DNA from: Candidatus Doudnabacteria bacterium
Lineage (GTDB): Bacteria; Patescibacteriota; JAQUNI01
NCBI GenBank assembly: GCA_041644975.1
Contig: JBAZQX010000001.1
Location: forward strand, 39,274-103,273
Length of the DNA: 64,000 bases
Direction: 5' to 3'
In this document: in pieces, positions 28,344-39,061 of the stretch
Numbering within the stretch: position 1 is the first letter of the stretch
How the letters are laid out: each line of letters starts with the position of its first letter
Notes under the pieces: generated by a model
What the model saw: the letters and a program-made list of their open reading frames with translations, nothing else
Databases searched by the model: none
What the model was told of the DNA's origin: nothing
Made by a program: the position numbers and the translations under genes

Positions 28344-29801
28344 TTAAGAAAAAATTTCTTTTAAAATGCGGCCGTCTAAATCTTTGGGTAATGGGATGTC
28401 TAAGAGGTGAAGAATTGTTGGTGCAAGATCAAGAATATTTACTTTTTCCAAGACTCTGGAAGTAGAATTGATGTGAGGGCCGGTGATAAGGAAGATGCCA
28501 TTCCTTTTGTGAGTAGCTGACCAACCTTCTTGCGAGTCGCTTAAGATTTGGCCTTGACCTGTTAATCCTGAAATTTCGTATCCTTCTTCCGGCCAGAGAA
28601 TGAAATCAGGAGAATTTTGACAAGGCCCATTATAAATTTGATTTGCCTCCATTATTCTATGTAGAATGACTTTTCCGTGAAATTTCACTTTTTGAAGTTT
28701 GGAAGACAGTTCTTTCTTTAAAGATTGAATTTCTTCGGATGAAAGAATGTTTTGGTTAAAGTAAAGGGGCCCTTCGCTGGTAGCGACAGCTTTGGTTTTT
28801 TCCCAATCCACAATTTGTTCATTTAAACTTTTTCCTGCCTTCATTGAGATTACCTTTAGATTTTTATTTTTCATTCTTTTTTTTGCAAATTCCAGAAGAC
28901 CTAAAAATTTGACCATTTTGCCGATTCTTTCTGCTGAAATTCCCAATTTAAGCAATAAATGGGATAATTTGTCATTTCTTAAGCTAAGATACCCGTTTTT
29001 GCGAAGCCATTCATTGATGAAAAATGTGGCTTTGAGGCTGGTAAAGCCATGATCAGAAAAGAGAATTGTGTAGGTTTGTTGGGGTTCAGGCACTAGTTTA
29101 AGAAGCTCCCCGATTTTTTGGTCAATAAACTGCCAAAAGTTTTGGATTGTGTTTTGAAGGGGATGGTGCGGTTTATCTTGATATTTCCAGAAAAAATGTT
29201 GCAGATCATCAATCATAAAAAAAGTGAACTGAAAGAAATCCCAATCAGAGCGGGTGATGAATTTTTTAGCCGCAGCCACTTTTTTTTCTGTAATAGTATA
29301 TATTTCTTGAATTAATTTTTCTTTTTCCAGTCGGAAATTGGCTTCAGGAAAGAATTGATAATCAGGAAAAAGTGATTGCAACTCTGGAGGGTAGAAGGCT
29401 TTTTCAGGAAAGGCCACTATTGGTCCTGAGATCATAGCACCATTAATTTTTTTCGCTGGGTAAGTGAGGGGCATATTGAGAACATAAGATCGCTTGCCGT
29501 TTTCTGATAATAAATCCCAAATTTCTTTCTCTTTGACGGTTAGGCTTGTATTTAAAACAAATTTTTTGTTTTTAATGTCAACATTTTGCCACCAGTACAT
29601 TCCTAGTTTTCCTGGGTTTTTGCCTGTGGAATAGCATTTCCAAGCTGGTGCTGTGACACTGGGAAGGCAACTTTCTAAATTTGCCCTTACTCCTTGTCGT
29701 AACAGTTTATTTAAGTTTTCCAGCCCCCCTTTTTTGATTAAGGGGTTAATGACGTTCCAACTCCCCCCATCTATGCCGATGACTAAAACTTTTTTTTGCA
29801 T
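28344..29801 (-). CDS. Alkaline phosphatase superfamily protein (type I phosphodiesterase/nucleotide pyrophosphatase, COG3379-like)
   Basis: VIGIDG, PSVTAPAW (Thr nucleophile), TGKNPGK, D.LQH, SDHGF, H.RNG and DLAPT. Confidence 0.88.
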   Translation of the reverse strand: MQKKVLVIGIDGGSWNVINPLIKKGGLENLNKLLRQGVRANLESCLPSVTAPAWKCYSTGKNPGKLGMYWWQNVDIKNKKFVLNTSLTVKEKEIWDLLSENGKRSYVLNMPLTYPAKKINGAMISGPIVAFPEKAFYPPELQSLFPDYQFFPEANFRLEKEKLIQEIYTITEKKVAAAKKFITRSDWDFFQFTFFMIDDLQHFFWKYQDKPHHPLQNTIQNFWQFIDQKIGELLKLVPEPQQTYTILFSDHGFTSLKATFFINEWLRKNGYLSLRNDKLSHLLLKLGISAERIGKMVKFLGLLEFAKKRMKNKNLKVISMKAGKSLNEQIVDWEKTKAVATSEGPLYFNQNILSSEEIQSLKKELSSKLQKVKFHGKVILHRIMEANQIYNGPCQNSPDFILWPEEGYEISGLTGQGQILSDSQEGWSATHKRNGIFLITGPHINSTSRVLEKVNILDLAPTILHLLDIPLPKDLDGRILKEIFS

Positions 29802-29915
29802 AAACAGAAAAAATGTTGCATGGGTTAAAGCAACAAAAAATTAAGAGGTTTTATTATATTAAAATTTTCAAAAAAATCAACTAAAATTTTGTTCGTTTCA
29901 CCTTTCCTCAACTTT

Positions 29916-31148
29916 TTAGTTGGAAATTATTCCTCCTGCCACCACATCACAGTTACGGACTAAAACAAAGCGACCTAATTCAGGTAAGATGTTGAATTTT
30001 TCAATCACCAATGGATTATTTGCTTGGATTATTACCTCTCCGATTTCTGTCTCCATAAGATGCAGAGCCTCTTCTTCAATGATTTTTAAAGTAGAGGAGT
30101 CTATTCTTTTAATAATTTTCACAATTTTCGCTTTCACTTCCTGGGTAGCGCAATGCAAGATTATTGTTTCATCTCTTTTTAGTTTTTCTTTAGACATCCA
30201 TAAAATACTGGCCTTAAATTCTTGGACGATTTGCGGTTTATTTAGGGGCCCAGAGATTACTTCTCCTCTTTCAATAAATAATGGATCGGTGATAGTAATA
30301 CCAATATTCTGACCTGCGGAGGCTTGTTGTAAATCCTTTTGTAGGAAAATTTCAATAGTTTTTACAGTACTTTCTTTATTGGAAAGAAGGAAAGTAATTT
30401 TATCTCCTATTTGAATTTTTCCTGCTTCTACGCGGCCCGCAATGATTCTTTTATCCCCTACCTTATAAACATCCTGCACAAGATAACGCAATGACTTTTT
30501 TATGGGTAAGGCGCTAGCCTTGAGGTTACCTAAAGCCTCTACAACAGTTGGTCCTTGGTACCAGTGCATTTTGGGGGATAAGGAAACAATATTATCACCC
30601 TCCTTTGCGGAAATAGGGATAATGTAATTAAGATTGAGATTGATTTTTCTTAAAAACGTCTTAAAGCTTTTTTTAATTTCTTTGAATCTTTCAGAGCTAT
30701 AATTCACCATATCCATTTTGTTAATAAGGAGAATAATTTGCTTCAAACCCAGAAGACTTAAGATATAGGCATGCCTTTGGGTTTGTTCTTGAATTCCTTC
30801 TTTAGCGTCAATAATAATCATCGCCGCCTCGGCTTGGGAGGCTCCAGTGACCATATTCTTAATAAATTCTTTGTGACCGGGCGCATCAATAATAACATAA
30901 TTTCTTTTTTTAGTTTTGAAAAAGAATTGAGTGGTGTCAATGGTAATCCCTTGCTCCCGCTCTTCTTGAAGGTGATCAAGAATGAAAGCTAGTTCCAGTG
31001 GTTTTCCAAGTTTGTCACAAGTTTTTTTTATTTCCTCAAGATATCCTTCCGAAAGGGAATTTGTGTCATATAAAAGTCTGCCTATTAAGGTAGATTTGCC
31101 ATGATCCACATGTCCTACGATGATAATTTTTAAATTTTCTCGCTCCAT
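29916..31148 (-). CDS. cysN: Sulfate adenylyltransferase subunit 1 (GTPase), with no APS-kinase domain
   Basis: [33 protein letters not shown] and LGRFVL; adjacent to cysD. True start ATG 31148; the track's extension is repeat-derived. Confidence 0.9.
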   Translation of the reverse strand: MERENLKIIIVGHVDHGKSTLIGRLLYDTNSLSEGYLEEIKKTCDKLGKPLELAFILDHLQEEREQGITIDTTQFFFKTKKRNYVIIDAPGHKEFIKNMVTGASQAEAAMIIIDAKEGIQEQTQRHAYILSLLGLKQIILLINKMDMVNYSSERFKEIKKSFKTFLRKINLNLNYIIPISAKEGDNIVSLSPKMHWYQGPTVVEALGNLKASALPIKKSLRYLVQDVYKVGDKRIIAGRVEAGKIQIGDKITFLLSNKESTVKTIEIFLQKDLQQASAGQNIGITITDPLFIERGEVISGPLNKPQIVQEFKASILWMSKEKLKRDETIILHCATQEVKAKIVKIIKRIDSSTLKIIEEEALHLMETEIGEVIIQANNPLVIEKFNILPELGRFVLVRNCDVVAGGIISN

Positions 31149-31160
31149 AAATAAAGTTAA

Positions 31161-31253
31161 CCTTAAATTACGAAGCACATCGTCTGTGAGCGAGGGATCC
31201 GCCATGGGCAGACTCCTCGCTAATAGACGAAAAGGGAGTTTCGTAATTCATAG
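31161..31253. mobile_element. MITE-like element with imperfect 14-bp TIRs and a 7-bp flanking direct repeat
   Basis: CCTTAAATTACGAA...TTCGTAATTCATAG flanked on both sides by AAGTTAA (31154-31160 and 31254-31260). Confidence 0.7.
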
Positions 31254-31348
31254 AAGTTAATTATTTTTTGTTTTTTGCATTCAATATATGAGCGCCTTAA
31301 ACCACCTTTTTTTTCCTTGTAAAAAAGCATTTTAAAAAGTGGGCGGTT

Positions 31349-32149
31349 TCACATATAGCCAAGGGAGCGCAATTTTTGCATCATATAAGCAGTTTCTTTA
31401 TCTTGAGCTCTACCTGATCGTTCGGCGATTTTAGTAGTTTCTAGCTCCGCCACAATCTCTGCGAGCGTAGAGGCATTGGAATCAATAGGCATACAACAAG
31501 GCTCACAGCCAATACTGCGGTAACGTTTTCCTTCTTTTGCAAAATATAATTTGACGATTGGGATATTTTCTCTTTTTATATAAGCCCAAATGTCTTTTTC
31601 TGTCCAATGTAAGAGAGGGTGCACCCGTATATGTTCCGATTCCTCTTTTTTGTTCTTATATTGATCCCAAAGTTCAGGGGGTTGATTTTTGTAATCCCAG
31701 GTGAATTCCTGATCGCGAGGGGAAAAATATCTTTCTTTGGCTCGGATTCCATGTTCGTCGCGTCGGATTCCCAAAAGAAGAGCGTTCAATTTATGTTCTG
31801 CCATTATTTGCTTTAGCGCATTGGTTTTAAGTTCAGTGCAGCATTCTAGTTTGCCCTTTCCCGGGCAGACACCGCGCCCTAATGCTTCTTTATTTTGGCT
31901 AATAATTAAGCGCAGGTTCCACTCCAGAGCATAATGATCTCGGAATTCATAGATTTCTTTAAATTTAAAGCTGGTATCAATATGAATTACAGGAAAAGGA
32001 ACCTCGCCATAAAAAGCCTTACGGCAAAGCCAAATTAAGGTAGTGGAATCTTTTCCGATTGACCAAAGAGCGGCAATATCATGAAATTGTTTGTAAGCCT
32101 CACGGATGATATAAATACTCTTAGATTCTAATTCATCAAGATGTTGCAT
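31349..32149 (-). CDS. cysD: Sulfate adenylyltransferase subunit 2
   Basis: LESKSIYIIREA, SIGKDS, RRDE...RAKERYFS, QPPELW, YRSIGC and ERSGRAQD. Confidence 0.95.
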   Translation of the reverse strand: MQHLDELESKSIYIIREAYKQFHDIAALWSIGKDSTTLIWLCRKAFYGEVPFPVIHIDTSFKFKEIYEFRDHYALEWNLRLIISQNKEALGRGVCPGKGKLECCTELKTNALKQIMAEHKLNALLLGIRRDEHGIRAKERYFSPRDQEFTWDYKNQPPELWDQYKNKKEESEHIRVHPLLHWTEKDIWAYIKRENIPIVKLYFAKEGKRYRSIGCEPCCMPIDSNASTLAEIVAELETTKIAERSGRAQDKETAYMMQKLRSLGYM

Positions 32150-32197
32150 ATGTTTTGTTTTATAAGTTAAAAACTAAAATGACTGGATCTAGAGACT

Positions 32198-34831
32198 TTA
32201 TGGTTTTATTATATCATTTTTTACTTTTTTGGCTAGGATCCAGACAAGATAGCCGCAGGAGATGATAAAGAAGATACTAGATATAGTAAGACCAAGGTAG
32301 AATAATCTTTGGGGCCAGAATTCTACAGTTAGTGCAAAGTCATAACTACCATCCTGATTTTTAATGCAATTGCTTGGCTGCTCGCAGATTTTTTGAACGT
32401 CAAGCCACCAGGAATTAGCATAACCATTAACAATAAAATGTTGATCTTGAGCGAGGGGCTTCCTTCCCCAAGTTTCCCAGAAGGGTCCCCCTTTCAAATT
32501 TTCGTTTTGGATTGTATCTTGATAATTTTTAGAGATAAAAGCAATCTTATATTTTTCTAAATGATCTAGTTCCTTTTTTTCACTATTCAAAAATTGATAA
32601 TATTTGATCTTTTTTTCCCGACCGTCACCAAGGGTGGAAACCCAACCTTTTTCAATAAAGTGTGAGACTTCTTCTTTTTGCGCTTGATTTTCCTCGTTAC
32701 CCTCTAGAATTTTATAATCTTGAAGCAGTGAATCAAAGGAGTTGTTGTTAGAATAAGACAAATCTATATTTCTTTTGATTTGATATATTTTCCAATCTTT
32801 AGAAAAAGTTTCACTTAAAATGAGGGGAAAATTCTCTCTCGCTTTATGAATAAAAACAATATATTTGGTGGGATTTATCTTTTTGAATTCCAGGATTGGT
32901 TTTTCATTAATTCGCGTGGGTAAAGAACTGGTTTTTTGAGATTGTTCTTTGCTATCCGCAAGATAAATCGCGGTTGGTTTCAGGAGGTTTTGGGAGGATA
33001 GAACTTCGGGCAGATCTTTGGTGAATTGTGACGAAACCTTAATCTCTTCAGGAACATATAAATGAGGTAGAAAATAAACAGAGGAAACTTCATAGAGCTC
33101 AAGGGGGCCAAAAGATTGTACCAGATTAATGTCTTTTTCTTTTTCAAGATTTTCCTTAATTTCGCGCGGAGAATCCGAATTTTCATAAAATTGATCATCA
33201 ACATCATTTTCCAGAATTATGTATTGCATGTTAAAAAAGCCTGCAAGTTTCAATAAGGTATTGAAAAAGTCTTTCTGTTGTCTAATGCTGTAGAGCATTT
33301 GGTAAATAGGGTCAGAGATGCTTTTTTGGTAGGTGGCAAAGAATTTTTCTCCTAGATAGTAATATAAAGGATCTACTCCCTGATAATTCCATTTATAGGG
33401 AGTGAAATAGGTCCATTGCATAGGTAAGGCATAGGCGCGGAAAGCCATCTGTTTTTTATTTAAATAGGTGCTAATTTCGCGATAATAGAGAGGAATTGAT
33501 GTTTTGTTCGTGGCCAGGATGCCACTTTTATAATCTGGCAAGACTTGACCTTGCCAGAAAGGAAGAGCACACAGATGGATTACAAAAAGAGTTAGGAGAG
33601 CAAAAGCAAAGGCGTACTTCAATTTTATTTTTTCCATAATCCTATGGATTGCAATCCCTAGCAAGAGGCTAAAGGCAAAAATAAAGATCATGCCGATTTT
33701 ATCCAGAGGATTACGGAACATTGAAAAGGTCTCAAAGTGACTGAATAAAAATTTATAGATTGATCCTAAAGGTGGGTTGGGGCCATAGAGTAGGGCAAAA
33801 CTGACTAGACTAAGAATGCCGAAGATGAGCGTATATTTTTTATATTTATTCTTAGCGAAAGCAGAATAAGCCAAAATCGGGATTATGAATCCTAAAAGGA
33901 TGAAGAATGGCTGTTCATAAAGTGAACCGTAGGGATAGTAGAGATATCCTTTAAACTTTCCCCAAAATCCCCAGTGTCCCAAAAAGCGAAGACCATCGGC
34001 CATTTTGTAAAAAGAGTTAACCACGGCGATATGTTTGAGATTAGTGTCCGCCATTTGCGCAATCTCTTCTTGTTCATTAAAGAAAGCAGCGGTGTAGGGC
34101 AAGATAATGAGGGACCAGGTAAGAAATAAGGAGCCGCTTAAGAGAAGGAAATGCTGTATTTGTTTTTTTAGATCAACCTTCTTCCTTTGCTTGGATAGCA
34201 AAAGATTCATTAAAAAATAATAGACTACGATGCCAAAGATTAGGAATAAATAAACTGGATTATCTGCCGCGGGTGAGGCGAGAAAAGCGGTCAGCACTAG
34301 GAGGGCGCAGTCTTTTTTGGTAGGACGTTTTAAGATGCGGATGCAGAAGAGCAGAATGAGAGGCAAAAAGCCATAAGCGAAGAGCACCATTGCGCGTGGC
34401 CAAAGGAACAAAAAAGAAAAAACATTAAACATATAAAGATTTGCCGCCAAGAAGGCAGCCAATTCCCTTAATCGTCCTTTCAAAATATGCCTCATCAAAA
34501 TAAAGAAGGCAAAACCCGCGGTTAAAAGCCAGTAGGAAAAAAGTAACCGTTCAATTTCTAGAAGCGGTAGATTGATTTTATGGAGAAGATAAATCGGTAA
34601 TTGGTAAGCGGGCAGTAGAGCTGTACCTCGATCTTGAGCATAGCCCAGATAGACAGGATTCCAGGTAAAGATTCTGGTGCGCAGGGCATCCTCTGGAGAA
34701 AAAGTAAAAGCAAAATCTCCGATAGAAAGCCATAGTGTGTTTAACCAAAAAAAAGGCGCTAGTGCCTCCAAGAAGATTAAAATGAGGAATATTTTAGTTT
34801 GGTGTTTTTGAAGATATTGGTGAATGATCAT
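32198..34831 (-). CDS. GT-C membrane protein, AftD/DUF3367 (arabinofuranosyltransferase)-like, with an external beta domain
   Basis: About 12 N-terminal TM (GD, LYMFN, FRNP.DK), external domain (KKINPTKY, LSETF..W, VNGYANSW, EFWPQ) and a C-terminal TM. Confidence 0.62.
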   Translation of the reverse strand: MIIHQYLQKHQTKIFLILIFLEALAPFFWLNTLWLSIGDFAFTFSPEDALRTRIFTWNPVYLGYAQDRGTALLPAYQLPIYLLHKINLPLLEIERLLFSYWLLTAGFAFFILMRHILKGRLRELAAFLAANLYMFNVFSFLFLWPRAMVLFAYGFLPLILLFCIRILKRPTKKDCALLVLTAFLASPAADNPVYLFLIFGIVVYYFLMNLLLSKQRKKVDLKKQIQHFLLLSGSLFLTWSLIILPYTAAFFNEQEEIAQMADTNLKHIAVVNSFYKMADGLRFLGHWGFWGKFKGYLYYPYGSLYEQPFFILLGFIIPILAYSAFAKNKYKKYTLIFGILSLVSFALLYGPNPPLGSIYKFLFSHFETFSMFRNPLDKIGMIFIFAFSLLLGIAIHRIMEKIKLKYAFAFALLTLFVIHLCALPFWQGQVLPDYKSGILATNKTSIPLYYREISTYLNKKQMAFRAYALPMQWTYFTPYKWNYQGVDPLYYYLGEKFFATYQKSISDPIYQMLYSIRQQKDFFNTLLKLAGFFNMQYIILENDVDDQFYENSDSPREIKENLEKEKDINLVQSFGPLELYEVSSVYFLPHLYVPEEIKVSSQFTKDLPEVLSSQNLLKPTAIYLADSKEQSQKTSSLPTRINEKPILEFKKINPTKYIVFIHKARENFPLILSETFSKDWKIYQIKRNIDLSYSNNNSFDSLLQDYKILEGNEENQAQKEEVSHFIEKGWVSTLGDGREKKIKYYQFLNSEKKELDHLEKYKIAFISKNYQDTIQNENLKGGPFWETWGRKPLAQDQHFIVNGYANSWWLDVQKICEQPSNCIKNQDGSYDFALTVEFWPQRLFYLGLTISSIFFIISCGYLVWILAKKVKNDIIKP

Positions 34832-34914
34832 AGGTACCTTGAATTACGAAATGACCTTAAAATCCACTTTTAAAAAGAAAACTTTCCATTTTAATAAGGA
34901 GTAAAAGATGAATT

Positions 34915-36843
34915 TTATAATTCACCGTAGGTAGTAAAGGAGTGCAATTTTTTTGCAATCCCTAAAGAGATTCGGGATATAAAATAAGCGCTAAAGATGG
35001 TAAATAAAGGTATTAAGGGATAGCGGAAACGAGCGTCACCAAAACCTAAAATGATGATGGTGGCGAGGTATAGTAAAATTAAATTTAGGGAAAAGATGGC
35101 AAAAAGATTGTTTTTTGCAAAGAGATTAAAGACAAGACCTAAACTGCCAGTGACAAGGACAAAAAGATAGAGCTTTTGGGCGAGGTAAATAATATAACGG
35201 AAGTATTCTTCAGAGAGTTTGCCTAGATCAGAACGTGTCGGAATATCTACGCTTGGCTTAAAAAGAATCTCTATTTTTTTAATCCCTACTTCAATAAATT
35301 GTTGAGGGTGATTGAAGATATGTTTTATGCCGAGTTTTAAATAAATTTTGTCTGACAAAGCTTCTGCTTGGGGAGAGGTAGGATAACGTAACTCTTTTGT
35401 AATTCCCGCCTCTTGAAGATATTCTTCCGTAGGCCAGTTCCCGATTCCCTGTGACCAAGGGTTATTGCCTAATATTACATTAATCCCTGAAGTGGACACT
35501 AAAACTATTTGGCCGCTCACCAAATAATTGCGTATGGTCCAGGGGGCAATAAGGAGAAGACCAAATAAAGAAACAAAAAAGGTAATCTTTAAACTCCTTA
35601 CAAGATGTTTTTGGTAAAAGAGATAGCTAAAAAATATCACCAAGGGCAGAAAGAAAAAAGCCGGCCTAATCAGAGTGGCTATCCCCCAGAAGAAACCAGC
35701 GGGAATGATGTAGCGCCAATATATTTTTCCGCTTCGCCAGAAACCATGGGTTGCGGCGGGTTTTTTAATTTGATACAGTAAAAATAGAATAAAGAATAAA
35801 AGGAAAAAAACAAAAAGCACCTCGGTCAATAGTGTGGAGATATAAAAGATATTTTCTAAATAAATAGCGTAAATAAGAGAGCCAGCCAAGGCTACTTTTT
35901 GTTTAAAGTACTGCTTGGCAATCAAGTAGACAAGCAAAACATTGATAGCCCCCACAATAATTTGAAGAACGCGGACAAGCTGGTAATTGTCGCGCGAGAA
36001 CATAAAGACTGACGCCAAGAAAAGAGGGTAACCTACAGGGCGGTACATTGAGTGGATTACGCCATAACCACTGTAAGTATGATCGTATGCTATACTGCGC
36101 GCATAATTAACATAAGAAGCAGCATCACTAATTGGTTTCATGGGCAGGATAAAGACCCAGAGGGTATTGATAGTGAGAGCTATACCTAGGATTATACACA
36201 AGTATCCTCGCATTTGCTTTTGAGGAACAAGGTAGATCGTAACTAGAATGAAAATGAAAAGGAGAGGGAGGAAGAGCTTTAATAAGCGGCTAAGCAGTAT
36301 AGATATTGTTCCCCACGGCGAGGTAGCTTCGTAAATATATATTTCGTTGATTTGTTGTAATTTGTCGCTGCTTTCTGTTTTCTGGATCCACAAGCGTATT
36401 TTGTCAGTCTGAATGGGATGGAGAGCAAAAAGGTGTACTTTGTAGTCACTTTTATTATTTTTGACCTCCAGATTATTTTTCCACTGATCGCCGTCCGCTG
36501 CCTGAATTTTATAATTTTGAGCCACGCGCGTTTTAGTAAAAGAAAGGTCTATCTTACTGATTTTGTGAGCCACGGGCCAGTTAATTTCGATCAGGTTGGG
36601 TTCATCGGGCGTCACCTTGCCATACCACCAAGTTTCAGGTGAGCCGTCAATCACACTTTTCACCGCTCCTCCTGTTTCCGGATTATTGCTATCTTGGGTT
36701 TGTTTTGCTCTGATCAGAGAGGATTGTGAAACAATATTTTGAATATCGGGAGTTCCTTTGAAAGTGAGGGTTAAAGTCAGTAAAATGATAACTACTAATG
36801 AAATAAGGAGAATATTCCAGATTTTTTTAAAATTTAAGTTCAT
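34915..36843 (-). CDS. GT-C (ArnT/PMT_2-like) transferase with an N-terminal discoidin/F5-8 (CBM32-like) domain
   Basis: IDGSPETWW...IRLWI...INEIYIY is discoidin-like; SDAASY, RPVGYPLFL, LLTE, LIRP, PWTIRNY and ARFRYP are GT-C motifs. Confidence 0.75.
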   Translation of the reverse strand: MNLNFKKIWNILLISLVVIILLTLTLTFKGTPDIQNIVSQSSLIRAKQTQDSNNPETGGAVKSVIDGSPETWWYGKVTPDEPNLIEINWPVAHKISKIDLSFTKTRVAQNYKIQAADGDQWKNNLEVKNNKSDYKVHLFALHPIQTDKIRLWIQKTESSDKLQQINEIYIYEATSPWGTISILLSRLLKLFLPLLFIFILVTIYLVPQKQMRGYLCIILGIALTINTLWVFILPMKPISDAASYVNYARSIAYDHTYSGYGVIHSMYRPVGYPLFLASVFMFSRDNYQLVRVLQIIVGAINVLLVYLIAKQYFKQKVALAGSLIYAIYLENIFYISTLLTEVLFVFFLLFFILFLLYQIKKPAATHGFWRSGKIYWRYIIPAGFFWGIATLIRPAFFFLPLVIFFSYLFYQKHLVRSLKITFFVSLFGLLLIAPWTIRNYLVSGQIVLVSTSGINVILGNNPWSQGIGNWPTEEYLQEAGITKELRYPTSPQAEALSDKIYLKLGIKHIFNHPQQFIEVGIKKIEILFKPSVDIPTRSDLGKLSEEYFRYIIYLAQKLYLFVLVTGSLGLVFNLFAKNNLFAIFSLNLILLYLATIIILGFGDARFRYPLIPLFTIFSAYFISRISLGIAKKLHSFTTYGEL

Positions 36844-36948
36844 GATTCTTTTCAAACCTTGGATTAAGAAACGGCATTAAAATACTGTTTTTAGGAAAAA
36901 AATATTTTTTTCTTTATAGCAGATTAGCAAAATAAGACATGTAAAAAA

Positions 36949-37902
36949 TTAAAAGTAGAGTTTTTTCCGACGCATTAGACCGCCACTTTGCAAGAGCAAA
37001 ATAGTGTTGCCTAAGAGAACACCGAACCAAAAGGTACATAGACGGATGATCAGAATAGAACAGCCGGCTTGCGCTTTATTAATTCCGATGGAGGAAAGCA
37101 GGAATAACATAGTTCCTTCCATGGTACCTATTCCTCCAGGGAGAAAAGTAAGTGCTCCGATAATAGTAGAGAGAGAATAAATAAATGTACTCTCTAGGAG
37201 GCTTATGGGGGCCCTTAAACCCTGAAAGATCAAATAGAAGGCACAACTTTCTAAGAACCAGGCGATGACACTGCTACCCAATGCCAAAGAGGTTGATTTT
37301 GGGTTTAGTAATTGATAGGTGCTGAAGTATATTTTTTTGAGTTTTATAGCAATACCAGCTGTAATTTTCTTTTTTGCGAAGAAGCCAATAACACGAAGCA
37401 TTAATTTCCGCCAGCGGATCAAGATCAGGCAAAGGGTGAGAAATAAAAAAAGAAAGAAAGGAAGGACTAAACTGTAATGAAAGGCTAGGGATCCGATGAA
37501 GACGAGGATTACCATTGCTAGTAGGTCGGTTAAACGTTCCACAATGACTATAGGAGCAGACAGACTTATTGGTACCTCATTTTTTTTCTTTAAGAAATAA
37601 GATTTACTGAAATCTCCTAATTTTGCGGGGATAATACCGAGCCCGAAAGAAGCCAGAAAGATGATCAAGCTATCTTTTAAATTAACCTTGATTTTGATAA
37701 CGTGGCAATAATAATGCCAACGTCCAAAGCGGATCAAAGTTCCTGCAGTTATGGCACTTAAAATAAGGAATAAATAGGGCCAAGAGAAATTGTGTAGGGC
37801 TTCTAAAATTTGTTCAAGACCAGCATAAATCATCAAGATCAGATAAATCAAAATTGAGAAGGCTATTACAAACAAAATATTTCTACTGATATTTTTTTTC
37901 AC
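36949..37902 (-). CDS. Flippase-like membrane protein (lysylphosphatidylglycerol synthase TM / UPF0104 / AglD C-domain)
   Basis: RFGRW, PAKLGD, ERLTD, PGGIGTME and IRL.TFW. Confidence 0.85.
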   Translation of the reverse strand: MKKNISRNILFVIAFSILIYLILMIYAGLEQILEALHNFSWPYLFLILSAITAGTLIRFGRWHYYCHVIKIKVNLKDSLIIFLASFGLGIIPAKLGDFSKSYFLKKKNEVPISLSAPIVIVERLTDLLAMVILVFIGSLAFHYSLVLPFFLFLFLTLCLILIRWRKLMLRVIGFFAKKKITAGIAIKLKKIYFSTYQLLNPKSTSLALGSSVIAWFLESCAFYLIFQGLRAPISLLESTFIYSLSTIIGALTFLPGGIGTMEGTMLFLLSSIGINKAQAGCSILIIRLCTFWFGVLLGNTILLLQSGGLMRRKKLYF

Positions 37903-37907
37903 TATTT

Positions 37908-39017
37908 TTATTTATTGATAATTTCAAAGGTTTCGGACCAGATTTCTAAACCTTCCCTGAATTTTTGTAAAAATGTGATCTCTTCGGGACCGAATAACTT
38001 ATCATTACTGAACTCTTGATTAAGATCTCTGACAATTTCTTTGAAGCAACCATGATAGTCTTGTTGGGTGAGTCTAATTTTGCGTAAAATATCCGTAAAG
38101 CGATCCGTAAGTTTGCTTCCCTCTCGTTCTTTATCTAAGTCTTTCCAAATATCATGAGGATTCCTTATTTGACGTACCAGAGGATAACCACAGGTAACAA
38201 AATGTCCTAGATGATCAGCAACTTTTTTCACAATATAGCTTGCCCAGATATCGTCATATCTTCCTATATAAGGACTTAAGAAATAAGCAGGTAATACTTC
38301 GCGGGAGAGTGCTGTATTTTGGGAGTTAAATGGAGACCAAGTTCCTTTGCCCAAAGCAGCCGTAGGCGCGTATTCTGCTTTCATCCATGTGGCTCGTACG
38401 GGATAATTTAGGCGGCTTACTGCATCCACATCAGGATCGTCTAGCCATAAACCAGCATTTACTACTACCTTACCTTTAATTTTTTCCTTAATGAAGTTAG
38501 ATTCCCCTGCCCTACCTTTTTGAGATGAGGGATAACCGCGATGATAGAAACAATTATTGTTAGCTTCTTGAAGGAACTCACAAATGTTGAGCCAGCCTGT
38601 TTTTGAACTATAAGATATGAGTTCTCTTTCCATTCCTATAATACTATGGCTACCCACAAAATCTTGTTCAGAGATTACAAGGTTATCATCATCAATGGTA
38701 ATAATAATATCTGCCCCGCGTTCATAGGCAAAGAGCAGACCTATATTACGTCTTTGGATAGAGTTAAAAGGTAAGTGCTCCCAGAGTTTAGGAAAGCGCT
38801 CAAGATAATTAAATTGGATATCAATGTCTTGATAATAGACGGGATAGTTAAATTTGGTTTGTAGCATAGAACAAAATTTGTGGGTATCCGGTGGACTTTT
38901 TTTATCGCCAATAACTACAAAGAATAGATCTTGATGTCCGTAGTCTTGAGCGTTTTTTGCATAGTCTTTGAGTAAGGTGGGAATATTGATGGTTGTGGTA
39001 ATAATTGCAGTTTTCAT
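37908..39017 (-). CDS. RGP/GT75 (UDP-arabinopyranose mutase) or STELLO-like protein
   Basis: TIDDD, RGYP, GLWL.DPD.DA and IGRYDDIWA closely match plant reversibly glycosylated polypeptide motifs as I recall them; the TTIN and IGDKK N-terminus is STELLO-like. Confidence 0.75.
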   Translation of the reverse strand: MKTAIITTTINIPTLLKDYAKNAQDYGHQDLFFVVIGDKKSPPDTHKFCSMLQTKFNYPVYYQDIDIQFNYLERFPKLWEHLPFNSIQRRNIGLLFAYERGADIIITIDDDNLVISEQDFVGSHSIIGMERELISYSSKTGWLNICEFLQEANNNCFYHRGYPSSQKGRAGESNFIKEKIKGKVVVNAGLWLDDPDVDAVSRLNYPVRATWMKAEYAPTAALGKGTWSPFNSQNTALSREVLPAYFLSPYIGRYDDIWASYIVKKVADHLGHFVTCGYPLVRQIRNPHDIWKDLDKEREGSKLTDRFTDILRKIRLTQQDYHGCFKEIVRDLNQEFSNDKLFGPEEITFLQKFREGLEIWSETFEIINK

Positions 39018-39061
39018 AATGGTATGAATTTATTGATAGGTCGTTGTTGATCTTATGTCTG

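Noticed and set aside
29916-31148. EF-Tu/EF-1alpha or SelB call
   Set aside because: The GTPase motifs are shared, but adjacency to cysD and the GRLL and GRFVL motifs indicate CysN.
31149-31205. N-terminal extension of CysN in the ORF track
   Set aside because: It is encoded by the MITE-like element; homology starts at MERENLK (31148).
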